64,000 nucleotides of DNA from a virus (Duplodnaviria; Heunggongvirae; Uroviricota; Caudoviricetes): the IMG/VR virus record IMGVR_UViG_3300031248_000001. One strand, given 5' to 3'. Shown one piece after another: positions 9,370 through 19,321 of this stretch. The notes beneath the pieces are model-generated. The model worked only from the letters and a program-made list of their open reading frames with translations, was not told the DNA's origin and made no database searches. A program made the translations under genes and the position numbers. How positions within the stretch are numbered: position 1 is the stretch's first letter; each line of letters opens with the position of its first letter.

Positions 9370-12300
9370 ATGACACCACCGCGCACCCCAGAAGAATGGG
9401 CCGCCCAGGTCATGCGCGAACACGCGGCGGCGAACCCGGTAGTCGAAGCCGCCCGCGCCCGTGCCGGTGAAGAGTGCGGACCGCTCGGCTGTTCCCGGTT
9501 CGCTTCCCGCGCCCTCAAAGACGCCGGCTACGACTTCGCCTCCGCCTCCTCGTCTGATCTCCGCCGCCAGATCCTCGCGCGCGGTGGGCAGGAAGTCCCC
9601 GACCCCCGCGCGGGTGACCTCTTCTTCCACGTCGGCGGTCCGACCGGCTACTCTCACGTGGGCGTAGTCGGCCAGGACGAGATTATCGACGCCCCCGGCC
9701 GTAGTGCCGCCTACCGCGCCCTGGTCCGCCGGGGCGCTCCCCGCAAGCCGTCCGTCTACGTGCGGCTCCCCGAAACCCCCAACGTCTCCGTCTCCAGCAC
9801 TTCGCGTGGCGCTCTCGCCTCCCGCGGCGGCACTCCTCCGCGTACGCCCGAAGAGTGGGCGCAGCAGCAGATCGCGGCCCAGGAAGCGAAGACCCCGGAG
9901 CAGTGGGCGGCGGAAGTCATCCGGCAGCGGATGAACGAGACGGAAGATCCGCGCATCACTGCCGTCCAACGCCGTGCCCAGGCCAAGCCCGGCTACACCC
10001 AGCAAGCCGCACAGGCCCCCGCACGTCCTGCGCCTGCTCTGGGGTCGGGGAAGACCCCCCGCGATTTCATAGGCGGCGTGCCGATCTTCGGCGGGATGCT
10101 GCAGGGCGAACTGGATCGGAACGCGGCCATTGAGCGGCAGTCCGGTCAGCGGATTCGCGGGATGATGCGCGGGCCTGCCCCGGCCGCGCCCTCGATGCGC
10201 GACCTTCTCAACCGCCCCACCCCCACGCGCGCTTACATCGAAGGCTTGACCTCGCCGGGTGCGGGGCAGCGGGCGAATGCGCGGGCGGCGACCCCGGAGC
10301 GACAGCGCGAGGTGCGCTACCAGGCGACCAGGAGCGCCCAGGCGTTCAACCCGTTCACGAACGATGTGGTAAGGCCGCGGACGGAGACGGAGAAGAACCT
10401 CGCGTATGCGGAGGGGGCGTTCCTGCCGAGCGGGCAGGCGGCCAAGAACACGGCGGAAGAGGCGTGGCGGCAGGCCGTGGCCGATGAGAAGTATCCCGCG
10501 CCCCCGCAGATTCCCGCGCACAAGAAGGCCGAGTATCTGAAGAAGATCCGGGCGGCGCTGCCCGCCTACAACCGCTACGTCGATGAGCAGCAGCGGTTGC
10601 TGGATCAGGCGCGGGAAGCGAGCTTGAAGGAGTATCAGCGGCGGGCGGCGCCCCTGCACGCCAGTTTCGATACGCCGGAGCGGGCAGCGGAGTTCGACCG
10701 GCTGGATGAAGAGCGCCGGCAGCGGGACGCCCGCATCCTTAAAGGCTTCCTGGCCCGGATGGAGCCGGAAGTGGTCTTGAAGTCGATGGGGGAGCTGACC
10801 CCACTCCAGCGTCAGGCACTGGCTGCGAAGGCGGGCGCCGATGTGGTCTGGACGCTGCAGTCCCCGAACATCCTGCGGAGCTACGTGTTCGATGCCGGGG
10901 TCACGGCGGTTGCCGACCGGATCGGGGCGGCGGCGGCCGTCAAGATCTTCTCGAAGACGCCGGCCGGACAGGCGGTGGTCCGGCGCCTGATGACCGAGGG
11001 GGCGATTGCGGGTGGCATCCAGCAGCCGGCGACGCGGGCCTTCGTGGACCCGAACGCGACTCCGCAGGACCTGGCCCTGGAGGCGCTGGCGGGGACGGCG
11101 GGCGGTGCGGTGTTCGGCGGGGTGGTCGGGGCGGCGGGGAAGGGCGCGCGGGCGGTGATGGGGCCGGTGGATGTGGGGGCGGTGCCGCGCCCGAAGGCGA
11201 CGAAGGGACGCGTGCCGGTGGTGAAGCCGAAGGCGCCGGTGCAGGCCGAGGCGCAGGCCGCCCCGATACCTGCGGAAGCGCCTGTAGCGCCCGTGGTGGT
11301 GGCGAAGGCGAAGGCGGCGGCGGTAGAGCCCGAGACGCCTGCGGCACCTCTTGCGAAGGCCAAGCCCCCTATCCAGGCACGCAACAAGGCGGAACTTGCC
11401 CGCGCCCTGGTGAAGCAGGCGGGCCTTCCGCCCGAACAGGCGCGGGCCGGCGCCGAGGTCTTCGACGCCGCCGCGCAGACCGCCGCGAAGCAGCAGGGCC
11501 TGCCCGTAGAAGAACTATACGGGCGTGTGTCGTATGCGAAGGGCGGGAAGGCGGCGGAAGGGGCGCTCCAGCAAGAAGGCAAGGCCCCAATCTTTTACTC
11601 CCAGCTATCCCGCGTGGTAGACGCGAAGATGCCGAACCGCGCGCCCGTGTCGCAACTGCGCGGGCTGCTGAACGGGGCGGGGGTCAAGGCCGAGGAGTTG
11701 AAGTGGACGGGGCTGGATGAGTTCCTGGGGGAGGCGGAGAAGGCGGGGCGGCCGGTCACGAAGGCGGAAGTGCAGGAGTGGCTGCGGGGGAATGCGGTGG
11801 AGGTGAGGGAGGTAACGAAGGGGGGAAGCGACCGCGCGGAAAGGGCACTGGCGGAACTTGGCTATGAGCCGGTTTGGAACGATGGAGCCTATCGTCTGCG
11901 GGATAGGGAAGGGAACGTTTACAGCTACCACGATCAAATTGAGGCTCCTCGCGGTGAACGTGACCGCATCATCATGGCCTGGGACGATCTGAACACACAG
12001 GACGCTACCCGCAGGCAGATGGGCACGGATACGAAGTTCGGCCAGTACACCCTCCCCGGCGGGAAGAACTACCGGGAGTTGCTGCTGACGTTGCCAGAAA
12101 CACAGGCAGCCAAGAAGTACCGCGCAGTCGTGGAAGAGATTAACCGTCGCGCTGATGCTGACCCCGAGATTGCTGCGTTGCGGGCGCGAGCGAAGAGGCT
12201 TCAGGATGCGGTAGAAGGTGCTTCTGATTTGGGGCAGGCGCGGGCAGCACGAGACGCGGCAGAGAACGCGCTCATCACGCTTCGCAATGAGCGACTTGGT

Positions 12301-15300
12301 GATTTGCAGGCAGAGGCTACCCGCCTCTCGGATGAGGATGCCCGCTCACGCTACCACTCCCCCCACTGGGACGAACCCAACGTCCTCGCCCACGTCCGGT
12401 TCGATGAGCGCGTGGATGCGGACGGGAAGCGGGTCCTGCACGTCGCGGAGATCCAGAGCGACTGGCACCAAGCGGGGAGGAAGAAGGGGTATAAGGGATC
12501 GCTCCCCGAAGGGCATCGCGTCCGCGAACTGGACCCTGAATCCCAGAACTACAAAGACGGGTTCCCGTTCGTCGTAGAGGATCGCAACCACTTCCCGCTT
12601 GCCGTGGGGCGAACACCGGAACAGGCGATTCGCAACATCGCAGGCCTGGCCCCAGCCGCCCCCTTTTCCAAGACCTGGCACGAACTCGCCCTGAAGCGGT
12701 TACTAAGATTCGCTGCCGAAAACGACTTCGAGCGGGTGACGTGGGACACGGGCCTCGAAAACGTCCGTCGCTATGAGGATGAGTTCCGCAAAAACGTTGA
12801 TGAGATCCAGTGGGAGGACACCGGCAACAAGCATCACGTGCGAGCGGTCAAGGACGGCAAGGTGGTCTACGAGGATGACTTCGATCCGACTACCGGCAAG
12901 GGCACCAAGACCTTCAGGGACGAAATTCCGTCGCTCGATGAGGTGGTGGGGAAGGACATCGCTAGTCAGATCCTAGAGAGCTCGGGAAGGGCGGAAGCCA
13001 GTAACTCGGCTTCGTGGTCGGGCAAAGACCTCACCATCGGCGGCGAGGGCATGAAGGGCTTCTACGATCAGATCCTGCCCGCTGCCGCCGCGAAGCTCGG
13101 GAAGAAGTGGGGGGCGAAGGTTGGGAAAGTGCAAGTCGGGGAACGCGATTTCGTCGAGGCAGTCAAAGGGCAGTACTTCGTGCGCGGCGCGGACGGTCGC
13201 CCCTACGGCGGCGGACTTTCGCGTGCGGAAGCCGAAGGATTGGCCCTCCGTGTAGGCGGCGACGTAGTGCCTGAACAGGCACCGGCCCGTCGTTTTGTAG
13301 ACGCCCACTCCCTCGACATCACCCCCGAAATGCGCCGCTCCGTCCTCACAGAAGGCCAACCCCTCTTCCAATCCACCAAGGCCTCCGTCGAATTCACCGA
13401 AACCAACGACGCCTTAATCCGTTTCTTCAAAGGCGCCGACCTCTCGTCTGCCCTGCACGAACACGGCCACGTCTTCCGCCGCTGGCTGCCCGAAGCCGAC
13501 CAGGCTATCGCCGCCGAGTGGGCGGGCGCCACGGATGGGAACTGGACGCGCCCGGCCGAAGAGAAGTTCGCGCGCGGCTTCGAACGCTACCTGCGGGACG
13601 GGAAGGCGCCGACCCCCGAGCTCAAGCAGGTGTTCGCGAAGGTGCGCGAGTGGCTGATCGGCATCTACCGGCGCATCAAGGGCAGCGATATCGATGTGGA
13701 AGTCTCGCCGGAGATGCGGGACTTGTTCGATAGGATGCTCGGTGGGGAGGGCGCGCTGGCGAAGAAGGTGGCCAGGGAGGCAAAGAAGCCGGGGCCGGAG
13801 TATGCCGCGTCGATCAATCTCGACAAGATTAACGCGCCCGAACCGCTGAAGGACCTGATCCGCGAGACGGCGGAAGCGAACGACCAGTGGCAGGCGCAGC
13901 GGCGCGGGACGAAGACCTGGGAAGAGACGCAGAAGCGGGCTAAGGAGTTGATCCGCACGGGCGTTATCACGCCCGAGTCCCTGAAGGGGGTCAAGCGTGG
14001 CACGGCCCTGAATGCGGAAGAGGTGCAGGCGGTGGCTACCCTGCACGTCCGCATGGGTGACGAGGTGCTGCAGGCGCGGAATGCCTACGAGGCGCACCCG
14101 ACCCCGGAGAACGAGGCTGCCGTCATCGCAGCGATCTCGCGGTTCGGGGTCGTAGAACGCACGCTGGCCGGAGCATCGTCGGAAGCGGGCCGGGCGCTGA
14201 ACATCCATCGGCTGGTCAAGGAGACGTATCAGGGGGTCGTGGGGACGGCGGAGCGGATGTTCGGCGAGGGGAAGGGGGAACCAGCGCGGAAGGCACGGCG
14301 ACCCGCCGATAAGCCGTTCACCGGGGAGCGGAACAAGGACTTCACGCCCGCACGCGCGAATGCGGCGCGCGACCGGCTGCAGAAGTTGGCGGGGATCGGC
14401 AAGGGGAAGGGGGAGCCCGAGGGGCCGCTGCGACAAGAGGCGATGACGCCGGAGGAGCGGGCGGCGGCCAAGCTGTTCGCGGAGAACCTGCCTGACCTCC
14501 GCGAGCTCGGCGGCTTCTACGTGGAGACTTACTTCCGCGATGAGGGAGTGCCGATCAACTTCCGCGAGTGGTCCGGCTTGATGCAGAAGGACCTGGGCGG
14601 GACTTTCACGGAGCCGCAACTGCGAACGCTCTGGGACCGCTACCTGAAGCCGGAGGCCGTGCAGCGGGCGAAGAGCCGCGTTACGCGGGACAAGGCGACG
14701 GAGAAGGTGCTGGAGGCGCTGGGCGGGAAGGACGCGCCGGAGGAGGTGCTTCGCAAGCTCGCCGCCTTCACCCCCGACGACACGGTAGGGCTGACCCAGT
14801 TCCTCCGTTCGCAGCAGCAGTGGACGTTCGCGGACCGGATGCACGCCTACTGGACGGCGAACATCCTCTCCGGGGTCCGCACGCAGGGGCGAAACATCGC
14901 CTCGAACGCCATCTTCGGGATCACGCAGATGCCCGTGCGGGCCGTGGCGGGCGCCGTGGACTTCGTAGCGACGGCGGGAGGGAAGGTTGGGGAGCGGCAG
15001 ATTTACGCTTCGGAGGCGCTTCCCGCCGCCGTGGGCTACCTGCGCGGGATGCCGGCAGGGTTCCGCAAGGCGGCGTACATCCTGCAGCACGGGTTCGGGA
15101 TCGAGGATGCCGGGAAGTTGGAGTTTCCGAACGTGCCCGAGTTCCGGGGCGGGGCGGCCAATCCGTGGAACCAGGTCGGTCGGATGCTCTCCGCGGCGGA
15201 CGCGCTTTTCAAGTCGATGTCCTACGAATCGGAACTCCACGCGCTGGCGACCCGGCAGGCGCTTCGGGAGGGACTGAAGGGGAAGGCGCTGAGCGAGCGC

Positions 15301-16542
15301 GTGACGGATCTGCTGCTGGCCGCTCCCGAGGCGCTCGTAGAGGGGGCGCAGAAGCGCGCGGGGTATGACACGTTCACGAGCGATCCGGACGCGGTAACGC
15401 GGCTCTTGATCGGCGTGCGGAACACGCGGGTCGGCGGGCTGCAGCCGGTCCGCTTCATCATGCCGTTCATGAACACCCCCGCCAACATCCTGAAGCGGTC
15501 TTTCGAGTTCAGCCCCGGCGGCGCGGCGCACGGCCTGGCGCTTCTGGCGAAGAAGGACCCCGAAGCGGCGCTGGTGACGGCGCGCGGGCTGGTCGGCAGC
15601 GCGGTGCTCGTCTACGCAGCGTCCCTGGCAGCGGGCGACAATCTGACGGGCGCGGCCCCGCAAGGAGATCGGGAGAAGGCGGAGTTCTACCGGCTCGGGA
15701 AGCAGCCGTATTCCGTGAAGGTGGGCGGGAAGTGGATGGACTACCGGACGCTCGGCCCCCTGGCCTTCCCGTTCGTGGTGGCAGCCGCCTTCCACGACGC
15801 TTACACGCGGGAGAAGAAGATCCCTGACAGCCAGCGGATCAGCGAGGCCGCGGGGGCGCTGGGGAAGTCCATCGTGGATCAGACCTTCTTTAAGGGCCTT
15901 TCCGATCTGGTGGAGGCGATAGAGAACCCGGGTCGCGCAGGCGGAAACCTGGTCGGCAACGTCGCTGGCGGGTTCGTCCCCCTCTCCGGCCTCGCCCGCA
16001 ACATCGCCCAATCTCAGGACCCGTACGTGCGCGACCCGCAGGGCATTTACGAACGCATCATCAAGGACCTGCCGTTGGTGTCGGGGCGAGTACCGGCACG
16101 GGTAGGGGCGCTAGGTGAAGACCTGCGCCGTCAGGGGAGTGAAGGGCTCCTCGCGCTTTCGCCTTCCGGGGTCTCGCCGGAGACTAAAGACCCGGTGAAC
16201 CGTGAGTTGGCCCGGCTTGGAGTGCGGCCCGGCCTGCCCGGCGATACGCTGACGATCCGCGGTGAGAAGACGAAACTGGAGCGCGATGTGGCGCGGGCTT
16301 ACAAGCAGATACCGGGGCGGCTGATCCGGCAGGAGATTGCGCGGCAGATCGGGACGCCGGGTTATGGGAAGGCGTCGGATGAGGCGCGGCAGAAAGCGTT
16401 GGAACGGCTTATCTCGCACCGGCGGAACCAGGCACAGGAGTTGGTGCGGGCGGCCTTGGCGGCGAAGCGCGATCCCGTGGTGCTGCTGCAGCGGTGGTAC
16501 GACGCGCAGGCACGGAACCTACCGGCGCTTCCCGAACAGTAG
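9370..16542 (+). CDS. giant multidomain virion-associated/polyvalent-like protein (2390 aa): N-terminal CHAP/NlpC-P60-like Cys-His peptidase, Ala/Pro/Lys linkers, internal HExxH zincin-like motif
   Basis: N-terminus has CGPLGCSRFASRALKDAGYDF...FHVGGPTGYSHVGVV. The motif TPPRTPEEWA occurs twice. Motif ALHEHGHVFRRW (HExxH). One uninterrupted ORF. Confidence 0.8.
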   Translation: MTPPRTPEEWAAQVMREHAAANPVVEAARARAGEECGPLGCSRFASRALKDAGYDFASASSSDLRRQILARGGQEVPDPRAGDLFFHVGGPTGYSHVGVVGQDEIIDAPGRSAAYRALVRRGAPRKPSVYVRLPETPNVSVSSTSRGALASRGGTPPRTPEEWAQQQIAAQEAKTPEQWAAEVIRQRMNETEDPRITAVQRRAQAKPGYTQQAAQAPARPAPALGSGKTPRDFIGGVPIFGGMLQGELDRNAAIERQSGQRIRGMMRGPAPAAPSMRDLLNRPTPTRAYIEGLTSPGAGQRANARAATPERQREVRYQATRSAQAFNPFTNDVVRPRTETEKNLAYAEGAFLPSGQAAKNTAEEAWRQAVADEKYPAPPQIPAHKKAEYLKKIRAALPAYNRYVDEQQRLLDQAREASLKEYQRRAAPLHASFDTPERAAEFDRLDEERRQRDARILKGFLARMEPEVVLKSMGELTPLQRQALAAKAGADVVWTLQSPNILRSYVFDAGVTAVADRIGAAAAVKIFSKTPAGQAVVRRLMTEGAIAGGIQQPATRAFVDPNATPQDLALEALAGTAGGAVFGGVVGAAGKGARAVMGPVDVGAVPRPKATKGRVPVVKPKAPVQAEAQAAPIPAEAPVAPVVVAKAKAAAVEPETPAAPLAKAKPPIQARNKAELARALVKQAGLPPEQARAGAEVFDAAAQTAAKQQGLPVEELYGRVSYAKGGKAAEGALQQEGKAPIFYSQLSRVVDAKMPNRAPVSQLRGLLNGAGVKAEELKWTGLDEFLGEAEKAGRPVTKAEVQEWLRGNAVEVREVTKGGSDRAERALAELGYEPVWNDGAYRLRDREGNVYSYHDQIEAPRGERDRIIMAWDDLNTQDATRRQMGTDTKFGQYTLPGGKNYRELLLTLPETQAAKKYRAVVEEINRRADADPEIAALRARAKRLQDAVEGASDLGQARAARDAAENALITLRNERLGDLQAEATRLSDEDARSRYHSPHWDEPNVLAHVRFDERVDADGKRVLHVAEIQSDWHQAGRKKGYKGSLPEGHRVRELDPESQNYKDGFPFVVEDRNHFPLAVGRTPEQAIRNIAGLAPAAPFSKTWHELALKRLLRFAAENDFERVTWDTGLENVRRYEDEFRKNVDEIQWEDTGNKHHVRAVKDGKVVYEDDFDPTTGKGTKTFRDEIPSLDEVVGKDIASQILESSGRAEASNSASWSGKDLTIGGEGMKGFYDQILPAAAAKLGKKWGAKVGKVQVGERDFVEAVKGQYFVRGADGRPYGGGLSRAEAEGLALRVGGDVVPEQAPARRFVDAHSLDITPEMRRSVLTEGQPLFQSTKASVEFTETNDALIRFFKGADLSSALHEHGHVFRRWLPEADQAIAAEWAGATDGNWTRPAEEKFARGFERYLRDGKAPTPELKQVFAKVREWLIGIYRRIKGSDIDVEVSPEMRDLFDRMLGGEGALAKKVAREAKKPGPEYAASINLDKINAPEPLKDLIRETAEANDQWQAQRRGTKTWEETQKRAKELIRTGVITPESLKGVKRGTALNAEEVQAVATLHVRMGDEVLQARNAYEAHPTPENEAAVIAAISRFGVVERTLAGASSEAGRALNIHRLVKETYQGVVGTAERMFGEGKGEPARKARRPADKPFTGERNKDFTPARANAARDRLQKLAGIGKGKGEPEGPLRQEAMTPEERAAAKLFAENLPDLRELGGFYVETYFRDEGVPINFREWSGLMQKDLGGTFTEPQLRTLWDRYLKPEAVQRAKSRVTRDKATEKVLEALGGKDAPEEVLRKLAAFTPDDTVGLTQFLRSQQQWTFADRMHAYWTANILSGVRTQGRNIASNAIFGITQMPVRAVAGAVDFVATAGGKVGERQIYASEALPAAVGYLRGMPAGFRKAAYILQHGFGIEDAGKLEFPNVPEFRGGAANPWNQVGRMLSAADALFKSMSYESELHALATRQALREGLKGKALSERVTDLLLAAPEALVEGAQKRAGYDTFTSDPDAVTRLLIGVRNTRVGGLQPVRFIMPFMNTPANILKRSFEFSPGGAAHGLALLAKKDPEAALVTARGLVGSAVLVYAASLAAGDNLTGAAPQGDREKAEFYRLGKQPYSVKVGGKWMDYRTLGPLAFPFVVAAAFHDAYTREKKIPDSQRISEAAGALGKSIVDQTFFKGLSDLVEAIENPGRAGGNLVGNVAGGFVPLSGLARNIAQSQDPYVRDPQGIYERIIKDLPLVSGRVPARVGALGEDLRRQGSEGLLALSPSGVSPETKDPVNRELARLGVRPGLPGDTLTIRGEKTKLERDVARAYKQIPGRLIRQEIARQIGTPGYGKASDEARQKALERLISHRRNQAQELVRAALAAKRDPVVLLQRWYDAQARNLPALPEQ

Positions 16543-16680
16543 GGCGTAGGCGACGAGGGCGATGAGGGCGGCCGACCAGAGTGGTTCTGCTTCTGGACCG
16601 CCTATCCAGGCGAGGAATTGGGTCACGTCTTCATCCCCGCCCCGCCTCCTCCCCCGCTTCGCGCGGCTCCTCGGTCCCCC

Positions 16681-16914
16681 TCAACACACGAACAACCAAT
16701 GCTGGTGCGTCTCCGGATGGTCGTGGCAGGTGCACCCGTTCGGCGTGCCGTCGCGGAAGTCTTCGTCAGATAACGTCCACGGCCCGACCCCCGTAGGATG
16801 CTCGGCGTTCAGACGCGCCGCCGTTTCTTCCACGGGCAGCGCGCTGCACACGCTGGCGTGGACGAGGCCCACGGCGTAGGCGATGAATGCTGGTGCGGTC
16901 TCTTCCGTCTTCAT
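16681..16914 (-). CDS. small Cys/His-rich hypothetical protein
   Basis: MKTEE start is preceded by GGGGGAAAG. C-terminus NGCTCHDHPETHQHWLFVC. Confidence 0.35.
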   Translation of the reverse strand: MKTEETAPAFIAYAVGLVHASVCSALPVEETAARLNAEHPTGVGPWTLSDEDFRDGTPNGCTCHDHPETHQHWLFVC

Positions 16915-17177
16915 CTTTCCCCCGGTCAACACGAACACGAGAACGCCCGCGGCCGGTGCGGGGGCCAAGCACAGAGCGTCACAGCCGCCGCAACACCAGC
17001 CACACAACAGCGATAGTGACGAGCCCCGCCGCTGCCTGGCCGAGCAGAGCTCCCTGTATCGCGGGCGGTAGTTCCCAAGGCCACATCCTCACTCCTCCTG
17101 GCCGGCATCACGCCGGGCGGTCTCGTCCAGCAGCGTGCCGATCAGTGTCTGGGTGTCAGTCATCCTTCTTTCCCCCC

Positions 17178-17210
17178 AATCCCCCGGCAATCCCCCGGCA
17201 ATCCCCCCGA
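17178..17210. repeat. tandem 11-bp direct repeat (aatcccccggc x ~3) in non-coding region
   Basis: Sequence ccaatcccccggcaatcccccggcaatccccccg, read directly. Confidence 0.6.
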
Positions 17211-17226
17211 TGCGTGGGGGATGCTC

Positions 17227-17646
17227 CTACTCGCTCTCGGCTACTATCCGGACAGGCCTGTAAGCGTCTTGGGCCATCCCCTCCACCGCGTTCAACTCAT
17301 CTTCGGAAAGCAGGCTCACTTGGGCGTGCTGCGCGACAGCCTCCGTGTAGTGCCTGGACGCCCTCTCTAGAGCCTCGCGTGCCTGTTCTATTTCGGCTTT
17401 GCACCGCTCTACCGTCTTTTCGGCGGCGGCGGGTGTTGGCAACAGCCACGGCGCGGGGCCTCTGGTTGAAATGCCGGAGTTCCAACCACGCCCGTCCTGT
17501 CCAGTCGCCGCTATCCGATACCGCTCTAACTTCCCTTGTTCGACATGCTCTGTCCAGCGCCGGAGTTCCTCAACTACCCGCGCACGATCATACTTCTGCA
17601 TGCGGACATCGACGGTGACCACGATTTCGTCTCGTTCGGCTTGCAT
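17227..17646 (-). CDS. hypothetical protein (139 aa), member of SPFH-led minus-strand cassette
   Basis: ORF co-oriented with the cassette; no recognised domain. Confidence 0.5.
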   Translation of the reverse strand: MQAERDEIVVTVDVRMQKYDRARVVEELRRWTEHVEQGKLERYRIAATGQDGRGWNSGISTRGPAPWLLPTPAAAEKTVERCKAEIEQAREALERASRHYTEAVAQHAQVSLLSEDELNAVEGMAQDAYRPVRIVAESE

Positions 17647-17722
17647 CCTACCCCTCCTCCCCTCCCTTAACCTTCCCCCACCGCCGCCCGCAGCCCCGCC
17701 ACCGCGTCCGATACCGGCACAG

Positions 17723-18094
17723 TCACGGCGTTTCCCCGGTCGCCTTGGCTAGGGCTGCGCGGGCCACCCCTCGGGCATCATTTAGCGTGTAAAAGGCGTG
17801 GTCTGTGATCGGATTCGCCGTCCGCTCCAAGAGCATCTCCACGGCCTGGATAAGGTCGGGCACCGCCGTGATAGCCCGCATCACGTCCTCAGGGCCGTCC
17901 ACGTCCGTGCAGTCGATGAACCCGCCGCCGAAGAGCACGCACTCATCCCCCGCGTAAAGGTGGGTGTCCGTGTCCCCCAGCGCGTAGGGATCTTCACGCC
18001 ACTCCCACGTTCGGCGCAGGCGGTCTGTGGGTTGCTTCCCCTCGCTCATCCCCTCGCTCCTTCCGACCGCCTTCCCCTCCGGCTTGGTGGTCAT
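17723..18094 (-). CDS. hypothetical protein (123 aa), cassette member
   Basis: Its start overlaps the stop of the upstream gene by 4 bp (translational coupling). Confidence 0.5.
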   Translation of the reverse strand: MTTKPEGKAVGRSEGMSEGKQPTDRLRRTWEWREDPYALGDTDTHLYAGDECVLFGGGFIDCTDVDGPEDVMRAITAVPDLIQAVEMLLERTANPITDHAFYTLNDARGVARAALAKATGETP

Positions 18095-18336
18095 CCCCTC
18101 GCCTCCCGCCGCTCTTCCCTTGCCCGGTAATCCGTATCCACCTCCCGCAGGTAGCTGTTCACCAGCCCCGCCGTGACGTGGCCCCGCCCTGCCACCCGAT
18201 CAATCGTCTTCTGGATCTGCTCCGGCCGCTCCCCGGCTCGGAGCAGGGCGTCGATGCGGTCACAGAGCGCCGGGTGCTGCTCGCGGAGGATGTTGGCCAG
18301 GGCGCTGCGGGCTTCGGATTGGAACTGGGTGCTCAT
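18091..18336 (-). CDS. hypothetical protein (81 aa), cassette member
   Basis: GAGGAG site precedes the ATG; coupled to the downstream gene. Confidence 0.5.
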   Translation of the reverse strand: MSTQFQSEARSALANILREQHPALCDRIDALLRAGERPEQIQKTIDRVAGRGHVTAGLVNSYLREVDTDYRAREERREARG

Positions 18337-18383
18337 CGGCTCTTTCTCCTCTTCGTCTCCCGGCGGCGGGGGGGGGCTAGAAC

Positions 18384-19268
18384 CTACTCCTTCGTCATCA
18401 GTGATCGCACGTCAACGATGTTGCCGCCGCTAGAGCCGACCACAGGCAGTTTGCCGTCCCACTTCTCGATCCACTCGCGAGCCAGCACCTTTGCCCCGCC
18501 CTGACTATTGAGCGCTGCCGCCCGCACGCGATGTGATTCAGCCTCGCCCTTCGCCTTAGCGATGGCGGTCTCGGCTTCCATCTTGGCCTTCGATAGCACG
18601 TACCGCTGCTTTTCGCTTTCCTGCTGGGCGACCTGCTTTTGCTCGATGGCCTTGTTGAACTCGTCGGAGAAGTCGAAGTTGGTGAGGCTTACGCCGCCGG
18701 GCTCGACCGCGATGTTGTAGACGGCGAGGCGCTGGGTAAGGCTCGTGTCCACAGACGCTTTGACCTGCTCGCGGTTGCGGATCAGTTCCTCAGCGGTGTA
18801 GCGGCTCACGACCGCCTTTAGTGTTTCCTGCACGGCGGGTTGGATCACGCGGGCATCGTAGCCAATGCCGACCGTCTTATAGAGCGCCCCCACCTGCGCC
18901 GGGTCCAGATGGAAGTTGATCGCTACGTCAGTGTGGACGATCTGCAGGTCCTTGCTCGCGGCCTGTGCCTTGGCGTCGGAACGCTGCGTGCGAACCTCCA
19001 TGCGTTCTACGCCCTGCATAACCGGCATGATGAAGTGCGCCCCTTCCGAAAGCACCCCCTTGACCGCCCCGAACTGCAGCAGCACGCCGCGATGGCCCGC
19101 CGGGATGCCGACGTAACTCGCCAGCGGTATCCCGATGAGTAGCAGTGCCACGCCGCCCGCTGCGAGGCCGCCCTTGAGCCTCCGGTAGTGCTGACCGTCG
19201 ATCTCCTGCGGGAACGCGATGCCCGCCACGACCAGTAAGACCCCTGCCACCATCAACAGTATGCCCAT
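18384..19268 (-). CDS. SPFH/band-7 (prohibitin/HflC-like) membrane protein
   Basis: N-terminal TM helices followed by a PHB domain (…HFIMPVMQGVERMEVRTQRSD…TAEELIRNREQVKASV…) and a coiled-coil C-terminus. AAAGGA precedes the ATG. Confidence 0.85.
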   Translation of the reverse strand: MGILLMVAGVLLVVAGIAFPQEIDGQHYRRLKGGLAAGGVALLLIGIPLASYVGIPAGHRGVLLQFGAVKGVLSEGAHFIMPVMQGVERMEVRTQRSDAKAQAASKDLQIVHTDVAINFHLDPAQVGALYKTVGIGYDARVIQPAVQETLKAVVSRYTAEELIRNREQVKASVDTSLTQRLAVYNIAVEPGGVSLTNFDFSDEFNKAIEQKQVAQQESEKQRYVLSKAKMEAETAIAKAKGEAESHRVRAAALNSQGGAKVLAREWIEKWDGKLPVVGSSGGNIVDVRSLMTKE

Positions 19269-19321
19269 CGTGTTTCCTTTCGGTATCGTCTAAATCTCTC
19301 GTAGTCAGTATAGCCGCAGTA

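Noticed and set aside
13414-16011. 865-aa minus-strand ORF inside the giant gene
   Set aside because: Antisense shadow of the 2390-aa ORF; low-complexity R/P/L-rich translation.
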